Assembly (NCBI GenBank): GCA_000237975.1
Contig: CP003179.1
Location: forward strand, 2,354,270 to 2,386,269
Reading direction: 5' to 3'
DNA: 32,000 nt
Source: Sulfobacillus acidophilus DSM 10332
GTDB lineage: Bacteria > Bacillota > Sulfobacillia > Sulfobacillales > Sulfobacillaceae
This document shows positions 24,544-32,000 of the stretch, piece by piece (the stretch's first letter is position 1; each line of letters starts with the position of its first letter). Below the pieces are notes generated by a model. The model searched no databases and had not been told where the DNA came from. It saw nothing but the letters and a program-made list of their open reading frames with translations. The position numbers were made by a program, and so were the translations under genes.

Positions 24544-25947
24544 TCAGAGTATATACCTATTGATGTCAACGTTGTCCGCAATCCGACTCAAACGTTCATC
24601 GACATAGGCCGCCGTAATCGGGATGGTTTGGCCCGAGAGCTCCGGTGCGCTAAAACTCAACTCTTCCAGCACTTTTTCGATAATCGTGTGCAATCGTCGA
24701 GCCCCGATATTTTCGGTATCCCGATTCACCCGATAGGCATAGCGTGCCATGGCCCGTAAGGCGGCGTCATCGAACGTGACTTGCACCCCTTCGGCCGCCA
24801 ATAACGCTTGATATTGAAAAACCAACGAGTGACGCGGTTCGGTCAAAATTCGATAAAAATCGTCTTCGGTCAGGGCGTCGAATTCCACCCGAATGGGAAA
24901 CCGGCCTTGCAATTCGGGAATCAAGTCACTCGGCTTTGCCACATGAAAGGCGCCGGCGGCAATAAAAAGAATATGATCGGTCTTCACCGGGCCATACTTG
25001 GTTTGCACCGTGGACCCTTCCACAATCGGCAGAATGTCCCGTTGTACGCCTTCCCGCGAAACGTCCGGGCCATGCGCCGATTGGCTAGAGGAGGCAATTT
25101 TGTCGAACTCGTCGATAAAGATGATCCCTTGCTGTTCCGCGCGCCACACCGCTTCCGCATTCACGGATTCGGTGTCGATCAATTTGTCGGCTTCCTCTTG
25201 GGTAAGGACTTTCCGCGCTTCGGCCACCGTCATTTTTCGCCGTTTGGTGCGCTTGGGCAATATCCCCTGCAGCATCTCACCGAGGTTTAATTGATTTTCC
25301 ATCCCCGGCATGTTCCCCCCCATCATCGGCAAGGGGGCGACATCTTCGACTTCCACTTCAATTGTCTCGTGCTCCATCGCCCGCATACGGAGTTTCTCTC
25401 GGATTTTCCGCCGCTCATCCTCAATGCGACGCCGCTCCTCAGGATCTACCGGGCGCGAGGACGCAGTCGGCGTTCCGCCACCGAAAAACATTTCGAACGG
25501 GTTTCGAACCGGGCCGGTATCTTCCGGCAACGGAGCCAACGCATCCACAATCCGATCTTCGGCTAACCGCTCGGCTCGATCTTTCACCTTTTGGCTCCGC
25601 TCTTCTTTGACCATCCGCACGCTGACTTCGACCAAGTCGCGCACCATGGCGTCCACATCCCGCCCGACGTACCCCACTTCGGTGAATTTAGTGGCTTCCA
25701 CTTTAACAAACGGCACCTTTAACAAGCGAGCCAGCCGTCGGGCCACTTCCGTTTTTCCGACACCGGTCGGCCCAATCATGAGGATATTTTTCGGGGTAAT
25801 TTCTTCTTGCAACTCGGGATCCAGTCTGCTCCGGCGCCACCGGTGACGAAGAGCAATCGCGACCGCCCGCTTCGCCTCTTTTTGACCCACAATATATCGG
25901 TCGAGTTCCTCAACTATCCGCGCCGGCGTCATCAATGCCTCATCCAT
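24544..25947 (-). CDS. hslU: ATP-dependent protease ATPase subunit HslU (ClpY)
   Basis: [17 protein letters not shown], Walker [10 protein letters not shown] and [10 protein letters not shown] are present, plus the I-domain insertion. 467 aa. Confidence 0.95.
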   Translation of the reverse strand: MDEALMTPARIVEELDRYIVGQKEAKRAVAIALRHRWRRSRLDPELQEEITPKNILMIGPTGVGKTEVARRLARLLKVPFVKVEATKFTEVGYVGRDVDAMVRDLVEVSVRMVKEERSQKVKDRAERLAEDRIVDALAPLPEDTGPVRNPFEMFFGGGTPTASSRPVDPEERRRIEDERRKIREKLRMRAMEHETIEVEVEDVAPLPMMGGNMPGMENQLNLGEMLQGILPKRTKRRKMTVAEARKVLTQEEADKLIDTESVNAEAVWRAEQQGIIFIDEFDKIASSSQSAHGPDVSREGVQRDILPIVEGSTVQTKYGPVKTDHILFIAAGAFHVAKPSDLIPELQGRFPIRVEFDALTEDDFYRILTEPRHSLVFQYQALLAAEGVQVTFDDAALRAMARYAYRVNRDTENIGARRLHTIIEKVLEELSFSAPELSGQTIPITAAYVDERLSRIADNVDINRYIL

Positions 25948-25965
25948 GGAATTCCCCGTCCTCTC

Positions 25966-26505
25966 TTAACCTAACCGTTCAATGGTTAAATGATGGTTGG
26001 TATATACGCAAATATCCGCCGCAATATCCAACGAACGCCGAACAATATCTTCCAACGGGAGTCCCGTGTCCACCGACACCAGGGCACGGGCTGCCGCAAG
26101 CGCATAGCTACCGCCCGACCCGACGGCGGCAATACCGTCGTCCGGCTCGATGACTTCGCCGGTACCGGACAATAAAAAGACATTGTGCCGATCCAATACC
26201 ACCAAGAGCGCTTCGAGCTTCCCTAACATCCGGTCGGTGCGCCATTCCCGCGAAAGGGCCACCGCCGCCCGCGACAAATTGCCGTGGCTTTCTTCCAGTT
26301 TACCTTCAAACCGCTCAAACAACGTCAAGGCGTCCGCCACCGCGCCGGCAAATCCCGCCAACACCTCCCCGTGATACAGCCGGCGGACTTTTTTGGCCGT
26401 ATGTTTCATGACCGTATTTTGGCCGAACGTCACTTGTCCGTCTCCGCCAATCACCGCCTGGCCTTGGCGTACCATGGCCAAAATAGTTGTTCCGTGAAAT
26501 TCCAT
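25966..26505 (-). CDS. hslV: ATP-dependent protease peptidase subunit HslV (ClpQ)
   Basis: [12 protein letters not shown] gives the N-terminal Thr nucleophile context, and GDGQVT and [11 protein letters not shown] are present. ATG 26505 follows AAGGAGAGGGA. The longer track start (26556) would overlap xerC and lacks an SD. Confidence 0.9.
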   Translation of the reverse strand: MEFHGTTILAMVRQGQAVIGGDGQVTFGQNTVMKHTAKKVRRLYHGEVLAGFAGAVADALTLFERFEGKLEESHGNLSRAAVALSREWRTDRMLGKLEALLVVLDRHNVFLLSGTGEVIEPDDGIAAVGSGGSYALAAARALVSVDTGLPLEDIVRRSLDIAADICVYTNHHLTIERLG

Positions 26506-26530
26506 GCTCCCTCTCCTTCGCTCTCCGCCA

Positions 26531-27418
26531 TCACGCGCGGGGGTGAGTGTGCTCATAGATGCGCCCGAGTTCCTCTTGGGAAATATGGGTATAGATCTGG
26601 GTGGTCCGAAGCGATCTATGGCCCAGCAACTCTTGCACCGCCCGTAAATCCGCCCCGTTCATCAATAAATGGGTGGCAAAAGAGTGCCGTAGCCAATGCG
26701 GGCTAATATTGCGGCGGACGGCACCGACCACCAACGCCGCTTTCACAATTCGCCGGACACTGCGAGTCGTCAACCGGCCACCCCGGGCATTTAAGAAAAC
26801 CGCCGTCGTCGACGAACGGGCCGCGAGCGTCGAGCGCGCCCCTTCGACGTATTCCTGGAGGGCGGCCATGGCCGGTCGGCCCAACAACACCGTGCGATAT
26901 TTTCGGCCTTTGCCTTTGACGGTTAATTCGCCGGTGGCCCAATGAATCGCGTCGAGATCCAAATCGACCGCCTCCTGGCTTCGTAACCCGCCGCCATATA
27001 TGACTTCTAATAAGGCGCGGTTTCGCACGCCCAACGGGGTCCGGTTTGACACCAAGCCGTCTAATAATTGGCTCATCTCGTCCACTGTGAGCACCCGGGG
27101 CAGGCCCGGACGATATCGGGGAGCCAAAACCCGGCGCGCCGGATTATCTTGCCGCCATCCCTCTCGTTCTAAATACCGATAAAAGGTGCGAATGACCGCC
27201 AATTTCCGGGCGACGGAGCGCGGTGAAAGGCCCCGCGCCCCCAAGGCCGCCAAATAGCGGTAAACGTCGCCCGTACCGACTTGGTCCAATTCCCCGGCCG
27301 CCCGCCAAAAGGCGACTAAATCACTGTGGTAGGCGCGTACCGTATGTTCGGACGCCTGCTCGACCGCGCTCAGATACCGGCAAAACCCGTCAATCCAGGT
27401 TTCACTGAGATTGGACAT
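26531..27418 (-). CDS. xerC: tyrosine recombinase XerC (CodV)
   Basis: Phage-integrase fold with R...[12 protein letters not shown]...LGH...TQIYTH catalytic residues. It has the conserved position between trmFO and hslV. Confidence 0.9.
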   Translation of the reverse strand: MSNLSETWIDGFCRYLSAVEQASEHTVRAYHSDLVAFWRAAGELDQVGTGDVYRYLAALGARGLSPRSVARKLAVIRTFYRYLEREGWRQDNPARRVLAPRYRPGLPRVLTVDEMSQLLDGLVSNRTPLGVRNRALLEVIYGGGLRSQEAVDLDLDAIHWATGELTVKGKGRKYRTVLLGRPAMAALQEYVEGARSTLAARSSTTAVFLNARGGRLTTRSVRRIVKAALVVGAVRRNISPHWLRHSFATHLLMNGADLRAVQELLGHRSLRTTQIYTHISQEELGRIYEHTHPRA

Positions 27419-28757
27419 GGTGCGCCTCCGGTTCGACGCTAAGCGACTCTGCGATGGGAGTCATGACGGCGAGTGATCGCGCCTTAAGGCGTTCCCGCCG
27501 CTCCTTTTTGTCCTTGACGGCACGAATCTCCTCGGGAACCTCAAATAAGCCGAAGGTGGCATTCATCGGTTGGAAGGTGTCGGGATCGGCATGCGTGACA
27601 TAATAGAATAAGGCGCCCATCATGGTCTCCCGCGGTAGCACCACCGGATCGAGACCTTTTACGTAACGGGCCGCGTTAATGCCGGCTAAAATCCCCGAGG
27701 CGGCCGACTCGACGTAGCCTTCCACCCCAATCATTTGTCCGGCCAACCAAAGATCGGCCCGCTTTCGCGTATTGAGGCTCGGTTCGAGTATTTTCGGCGA
27801 TTTGAGATAGGTGTTCCGGTGCATCACCCCGTAACGGGCAAATTCCGCCTGCCGGAGCGCCGGGATCATCGACAGAATGCGTTTTTGCTCTCCCCAGCGC
27901 AAATTGGTTTGAAATCCGACCAGACTCCACAAAGACCCCGCCGCGTTGTCCCGTCGCAATTGGACCACCGCGTACGGTCGACGCCCGCCTTCGAGAGGGT
28001 TCTTCAGCCCAATCGGCTTCATGGGTCCAAATAAAAGGGTTTTGGGACCTCGGCGGGCAATCTCTTCGATGGGCAGGCACCCTTCAAAAAATCGGGCCTC
28101 TTCAAAATCATGCCGTTCATGTTGCTCGGCCGCCATCAAACTTTCATAAAAAGCTTCATATTCCGCCTTCGTCAACGGGCAATTAATATAATCGTCCGTC
28201 CCTTCCCGCGACCCATAAAACGCATAGTTCATATCAATACTGTCCCCAAAGACGATGGGGGCCGCCGCATCAAAAAACGACAAGGCATCGGTGGCAAAAA
28301 AATCCTGCAGGGCTAAACTCAAGGCTTCATGGGTCAAGGGGCCGGTGGCGATCACGGTCGGTCCTTCCGGAATCGTCTCCACCACGTCCCGGTGCACCGT
28401 AATACCCGGATGCCCCAAAATGGCCTCGGTTACGGCCTCGCTAAATATGTCCCGGTCCACCGCCAAAGCCGAACCCGCATCCACCCGGGCTTTTTCGGCC
28501 GCCTGTAGAATCAAGGAAGAAAAAAGCCGCATTTCGGCTTTGAGCGTGGCAGCCGGCGAGGTCCCCTGATCACCGCCTAACGAATTGGAACACACCAATT
28601 CGGCCAACCGATCGGTAATATGCGCGGGGGTTTTGACCAGAGGTCGCATTTCGTAGAGATCGACCGGAATGCCGCGTTGCGCAATTTGCCAAGCCGCTTC
28701 CGATCCCGCCAAACCGCCCCCCACGACGATAACCCGGTTATTGGGCTTGTTCCTCAT
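27402..28757 (-). CDS. trmFO: methylenetetrahydrofolate--tRNA-(uracil-5)-methyltransferase TrmFO (Gid)
   Basis: FAD motif VIVVGGGLAGSEAAW, 451 aa, TrmFO-type core. ATG 28757 lies 7 nt after AAGGAGGGG. It overlaps topA by 20 nt and xerC by 17 nt. Confidence 0.9.
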   Translation of the reverse strand: MRNKPNNRVIVVGGGLAGSEAAWQIAQRGIPVDLYEMRPLVKTPAHITDRLAELVCSNSLGGDQGTSPAATLKAEMRLFSSLILQAAEKARVDAGSALAVDRDIFSEAVTEAILGHPGITVHRDVVETIPEGPTVIATGPLTHEALSLALQDFFATDALSFFDAAAPIVFGDSIDMNYAFYGSREGTDDYINCPLTKAEYEAFYESLMAAEQHERHDFEEARFFEGCLPIEEIARRGPKTLLFGPMKPIGLKNPLEGGRRPYAVVQLRRDNAAGSLWSLVGFQTNLRWGEQKRILSMIPALRQAEFARYGVMHRNTYLKSPKILEPSLNTRKRADLWLAGQMIGVEGYVESAASGILAGINAARYVKGLDPVVLPRETMMGALFYYVTHADPDTFQPMNATFGLFEVPEEIRAVKDKKERRERLKARSLAVMTPIAESLSVEPEAHHVQSQ

Positions 28758-30843
28758 AGCCGCACCCCTCCTTTAGACAGGTCAACGTCTCTTGCCGTCC
28801 TTTTTTTCGGAGCGCCATCGACGATCCGCAGCGCGGACACGTCTTTTCGGTCGGCCGGAGCCACGTCACGAAATCGCAGGCGGGATACGAGTGGCATCCG
28901 TAAAATGTCCGGCCCTTCCGCGTGCGCCGGACCACCAGCTGGTCGCCGCACTTGGGACAGACCGCTCCCGTTTTCTCGACGAACGGTTTGGTGGCGGTAC
29001 ATTCGGGATAGCCGCTACAGGCCAAAAACTTGCCGAACCGCCCGTATTTAACCACCATCGGGCGCCCACACTGATCACACACCTCATCCGTTTCTTCCAC
29101 CGGGATCGCCACTTTCTCCAAATCCTGCTCAGCCTTGGCCAACTCCTCGGCAAAAGGACGATAGAAATCGGTCAGGACCTCCCGCCACCCGAGCTCCGCC
29201 GATTCCACCCGATCCAGTTGGTTTTCCACGTTGGCGGTAAAGCTGATGTCGACGATTTCAGGAAAATATTTCTGAAGGAGCTCCACCACCAACCGTCCCA
29301 GCGGAGTCGGGATCAGCCGTTTTTGCTCCCGCTGGACATATTCGCGTTGTAGCAAAGTGTCGATAATCGGGGCGTAAGTCGACGGACGCCCAATCCCCAG
29401 TTCTTCCAACGTCTTAACCAGACTGGCTTCCGTAAACCGCGGCGGCGGTTCCGTAAAATGCTGCTCGGCTTCGACCGCAGTGGCCGTCAGTGTCTGGCCT
29501 TCCTGCACCACCGGCAGCGGTCCTTGTCCGGCATCGTCCTCGTTGGCGGCTTTCGTATCGTCGGCTGCCGACTCTTGATAGAGGACCGTGAAACCGGCAA
29601 ACTTCACCACGGCACCATGCGCCCGAAAACGATCCTCACCGACCGATAATTCGACGGTCGTCGCGTCATACACCAGGGGAGCCATTTGGCTGGCCACAAA
29701 GCGCTCCCAAATCAGGCGATATAGGCGCAACTGATCCCGGGTTAGGCTCGCTTTCAGCCGATCAGGATGCCGCATTACAGACGTTGGCCGAATCGCCTCG
29801 TGCGCCCCTTGCACCCCGGGTCGCTCCTTTTCGGGCCTTTTAGCGGCACCCAGTCCCTTCCAATAGGCCGTCCCATATTGGGATTCGATAAATTGGCGGG
29901 CTTCGGCTTCCGCCACATCGGCTACCCGCGTCGAGTCCGTTCGAATATAGGTGACTAACCCGACGGTCCCTTCCCCCTGAACATCAAGTCCTTCGTAAAG
30001 CTGCTGGGCGATGCTCATCGTCCGCTTGACCGAAAATCCCAATCGACGAGAAGCCTCTTGCTGCAAAGTCGAGGTGGTAAACGGCAGCGCCGGAAATCGC
30101 CGCCGCTCGCGCGTTTTAACCGATTCGACGTGCACCGTCTGGCCTTTTTTGACCCGTCCGACGACGGTTTGGGCATCCACCGGACTGAGTCGGCCTTTTT
30201 CGCCTAAAGGGCCGGCGTATTGCGCCGTCATGACCGGTTGGGTATCGAGCGTCAGCGTGACCGTATAGTATTCTTCCGGCTGGAAGGCCTGAATTTGGTC
30301 CTCGCGGTCCACCAAAAGCCGTAACGCGGCCGACTGCACCCGACCGGCGGAAAGGCCCGGGCGCACCTTGCGCCATAATAAGGGCGAGAGCTGATACCCG
30401 ACGACACGATCAAGCACTCGACGTGCTTGTTGCGCATCGACTAAATGCATATCGATGGGCCGTGCATGGCGGATGGCCTCCGTCACCGCATCCTTGGTAA
30501 TCTCATGAAATTCGATGCGCCGAGCTTCCGCTAAAGGAATCCCCAGCGATTCGGCCAAATGCCAGGAAATGGCTTCCCCTTCGCGGTCGGGGTCCGTCGC
30601 CAAATAAACCCGGTCGGTTTTTTTGGCGGCGTCTTTAAGTTCCTTTAATAACGGACCTTTTCCGCGAATCGTAATATAACGGGGTTCGAACCCGCGTTCT
30701 AAATCCACCCCAAATTGACTTTTGGGCAGATCCCGCACATGGCCCATGGAGGCCTTCACTTGATAGCGACTTCCTAGAAACCGGCTAATGGTCTTCGCTT
30801 TGGCCGGCGACTCCACTATAATCAGCGGCTTTGGCTTGGGCAC
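28738..30843 (-). CDS. topA: DNA topoisomerase I
   Basis: Toprim N-terminus LIIVESPAKAKTI, active-site region YIRTDS, and C-terminal Cys4 zinc-ribbon repeats (CDQCGRPM..C..C; CPKCG..C..C; CPRCG). GTG 30843 follows GGGAGGTG. Confidence 0.95.
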   Translation of the reverse strand: MPKPKPLIIVESPAKAKTISRFLGSRYQVKASMGHVRDLPKSQFGVDLERGFEPRYITIRGKGPLLKELKDAAKKTDRVYLATDPDREGEAISWHLAESLGIPLAEARRIEFHEITKDAVTEAIRHARPIDMHLVDAQQARRVLDRVVGYQLSPLLWRKVRPGLSAGRVQSAALRLLVDREDQIQAFQPEEYYTVTLTLDTQPVMTAQYAGPLGEKGRLSPVDAQTVVGRVKKGQTVHVESVKTRERRRFPALPFTTSTLQQEASRRLGFSVKRTMSIAQQLYEGLDVQGEGTVGLVTYIRTDSTRVADVAEAEARQFIESQYGTAYWKGLGAAKRPEKERPGVQGAHEAIRPTSVMRHPDRLKASLTRDQLRLYRLIWERFVASQMAPLVYDATTVELSVGEDRFRAHGAVVKFAGFTVLYQESAADDTKAANEDDAGQGPLPVVQEGQTLTATAVEAEQHFTEPPPRFTEASLVKTLEELGIGRPSTYAPIIDTLLQREYVQREQKRLIPTPLGRLVVELLQKYFPEIVDISFTANVENQLDRVESAELGWREVLTDFYRPFAEELAKAEQDLEKVAIPVEETDEVCDQCGRPMVVKYGRFGKFLACSGYPECTATKPFVEKTGAVCPKCGDQLVVRRTRKGRTFYGCHSYPACDFVTWLRPTEKTCPRCGSSMALRKKGRQETLTCLKEGCGYEEQAQ

Positions 30844-31027
30844 CAGGCCACCTCCCGTCTGAGCGTTACCTATCTTATCGCAAATTTACCCGGATATCCA
30901 CCAAGGTGCCCAGGCTGCCCGCGAATCCAAGCGCTTCCAGCTTACCCAAAATGTCTCGATCACGCGAGATATATGGCAAAATTCGTGCTGACGAGTCATA
31001 AATAGCGCAAATCGTCCAAAATTCGCC

Positions 31028-31056
31028 ATGACAAGCCCGTCCATTCCTGCTATGAT
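31028..31056 (+). promoter_or_regulatory. sigma-A type promoter driving the riboswitch-hydrolase transcript
   Basis: ATGACA (31028..31033), a 17-nt spacer, then TATGAT (31051..31056). The predicted start is about 31063, at the 5' edge of the riboswitch. Confidence 0.6.
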
Positions 31057-31062
31057 GCCGAA

Positions 31063-31182
31063 GACTCCTTTACGCCGAATCGCGGCCGGGCGCCGCGTAC
31101 GGGGGACTTCGAGCACATCGGGGTGAATCGGCGTTTGCCGTAGGGCACCTTCTGTCCGAACCCGCAACTAACCTCGGAGGCA
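31063..31182 (+). promoter_or_regulatory. c-di-AMP riboswitch (ydaO/yuaA class)
   Basis: Blocks matching my memory of the ydaO consensus occur in order: AAUCGC, ACGGGGGAC, GGGGUGAAUC, then CCGAACCCGCAACUAACCUCGGAGGC. The 3' end contains the GGAGG SD of the downstream gene. It sits upstream of a cell-wall hydrolase, a classic context for this class. Confidence 0.85.
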
Positions 31183-31186
31183 ATTT

Positions 31187-32000
31187 ATGAAGGAAGGGAG
31201 CCTGACTGTGTCTCGTTATCCCAAAGCCCTGGCGGGTCTTTCCGCCTTGGGGTTGATGTTCGCGTTTGCTCCTCTGGCCGATGCCGCCAGCTTGACCGGC
31301 ATTTATGGTCCCGGGGCTACCGGCAGTTCCGTCGCCTTGTTACAGACCGAATTGACCCGCGCGGGCTATCCGGTTCCGGCCACCGGCTATTTTGGGCCCA
31401 TAACCGAAAATGCCGTGCGAAGTTTTCAATCGGCACATGGTTTAGTCGTCGACGGGTGGGTCGGACCCGCCACCGAAGCCGCATTGGCGTCGACCGGAAC
31501 CTTATCCGGATCCCAAACGACCAACCAATATACCGTGGAACCCGGCGATACCCTATTCGGCATCGCCCAGAAGTTTCACACCACGGTGGACACCTTGGTC
31601 AGCTTAAACCATCTGGCCAATCCCAATTGGCTCATGGTCGGCCAAACGTTGACGGTTCCCGCCGGCCTATCCGCCAGTGCCTTTCAGCCCGCCGTCACTG
31701 CGTCCGGCGGGGCTCAATCGCAATCCGGTACGGAAAAATACGTCGTGCAGGCGGGAAATACGCTCGCCGGAATTGCCGCGCTGTTTCACACCAGCTGGCA
31801 AAATCTCGCCGCCCTGAATCATCTCGGTAATCCGAACGTCATCTGGGTCGGCGAAACCCTAACGGTGCCTGCCGGCAATGCCACCCCGCCGGCGAACCCC
31901 CCGACCTCCGCAAGCGTTAGCTTGCCGGTTGAAGCGGCACCCATGTCGTCCGGACAAGCCATTGCTTCCTTGGCGCTCAAATATTTGGGGGTTCCGTACG
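31187..32000 (+). CDS. secreted cell-wall hydrolase: PG-binding domain + 2x LysM + start of an NlpC/P60 domain (3' partial)
   Basis: ATG 31187 lies 6 nt after GGAGG, with an alternative in-frame GTG at 31208. The signal peptide ends ...APLADA. The PG_binding_1-like segment is VALLQTELTRAGYPV..GYFGPITENAVRSFQSAHGLVVDGWVGPAT. Two LysM repeats are present (YTVEPGDTLFGIAQKF...; YVVQAGNTLAGIAALF...). The window ends in LKYLGVPY. Missing from the ORF track because there is no stop inside the window. Confidence 0.85.
   Translation, partial: MKEGSLTVSRYPKALAGLSALGLMFAFAPLADAASLTGIYGPGATGSSVALLQTELTRAGYPVPATGYFGPITENAVRSFQSAHGLVVDGWVGPATEAALASTGTLSGSQTTNQYTVEPGDTLFGIAQKFHTTVDTLVSLNHLANPNWLMVGQTLTVPAGLSASAFQPAVTASGGAQSQSGTEKYVVQAGNTLAGIAALFHTSWQNLAALNHLGNPNVIWVGETLTVPAGNATPPANPPTSASVSLPVEAAPMSSGQAIASLALKYLGVPY

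Noticed and set aside
26506-26556. Extended HslV start (track ORF 25966..26556)
   Set aside because: The extension overlaps the xerC 3' end and lacks an SD. ATG 26505 has AAGGAGAGGGA upstream and gives the canonical M-x-x-H-G-T-T N-terminus.
30683-30693. tRNA T-loop-like GGTTCGAACCC
   Set aside because: It lies inside the topA coding sequence. The flanking bases do not form a T-stem or the rest of a cloverleaf.
30886-31167. 93-aa minus-strand ORF in the topA upstream region
   Set aside because: It lies antisense across the promoter and the conserved core of the c-di-AMP riboswitch. It has no SD and no recognisable domain, so it is most likely spurious.
1-32000. CRISPR arrays, IS or transposase genes, integrase-flanked islands, toxin-antitoxin pairs, rRNA or tRNA genes
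   Set aside because: Reading by eye found no regularly spaced direct repeats, no terminal inverted repeats and no transposase-like ORFs. The only recombinase is the housekeeping xerC in its conserved context. A computational repeat scan would be needed to exclude short dispersed repeats.

Overview
GC-rich bacterial chromosomal window with strong GGAGG-type ribosome-binding sites, tight or overlapping gene junctions and the Firmicute-type topA-trmFO-xerC(codV)-hslV-hslU-codY block on the minus strand. By inference only, the gene content suggests a Sulfobacillus-like acidophilic Firmicute or Clostridia relative. Most of the window is housekeeping or cell envelope: murJ, otsA/otsB (trehalose), a DUF3048 lipoprotein, a BI-1/YccA membrane protein, two tandem Cys/Met-family PLP enzymes, an acyl-CoA synthetase, a flippase-like membrane protein, an MDR dehydrogenase, a GH18 hydrolase, an LCP protein, a polysaccharide deacetylase and an MFS transporter. 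A PG-binding/LysM/NlpC-P60 hydrolase runs off the 3' edge, is absent from the ORF track, and is preceded by a clear ydaO-type c-di-AMP riboswitch and a near-consensus promoter. The most interesting region is a compact co-directional nine-gene unit at about 18.1-23.65 kb. It encodes a polytopic membrane protein fused to a CXXCH cytochrome c domain, a DsrE/DsrF/DsrH (TusD/C/B)-like trio, TusA, a YeeE/YedE sulfur transporter and a 60-aa membrane-tethered peptide ending in Cys-Gly-Gly. It ends with a YVTN beta-propeller lipoprotein, a 28-aa hydrophobic peptide and a strong bidirectional terminator. The propeller gene is split in the ORF track by a single in-frame TGA. That TGA is followed by a GC hairpin whose GGU loop sits at nt 22-24 from the U of UGA, and by the only two non-lipobox cysteines of the protein. 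It is therefore either a selenocysteine/recoding candidate or a fresh nonsense mutation. No CRISPR array, IS element, rRNA or tRNA gene was seen. Many long alternative-frame ORFs in the track are GC-driven artefacts.
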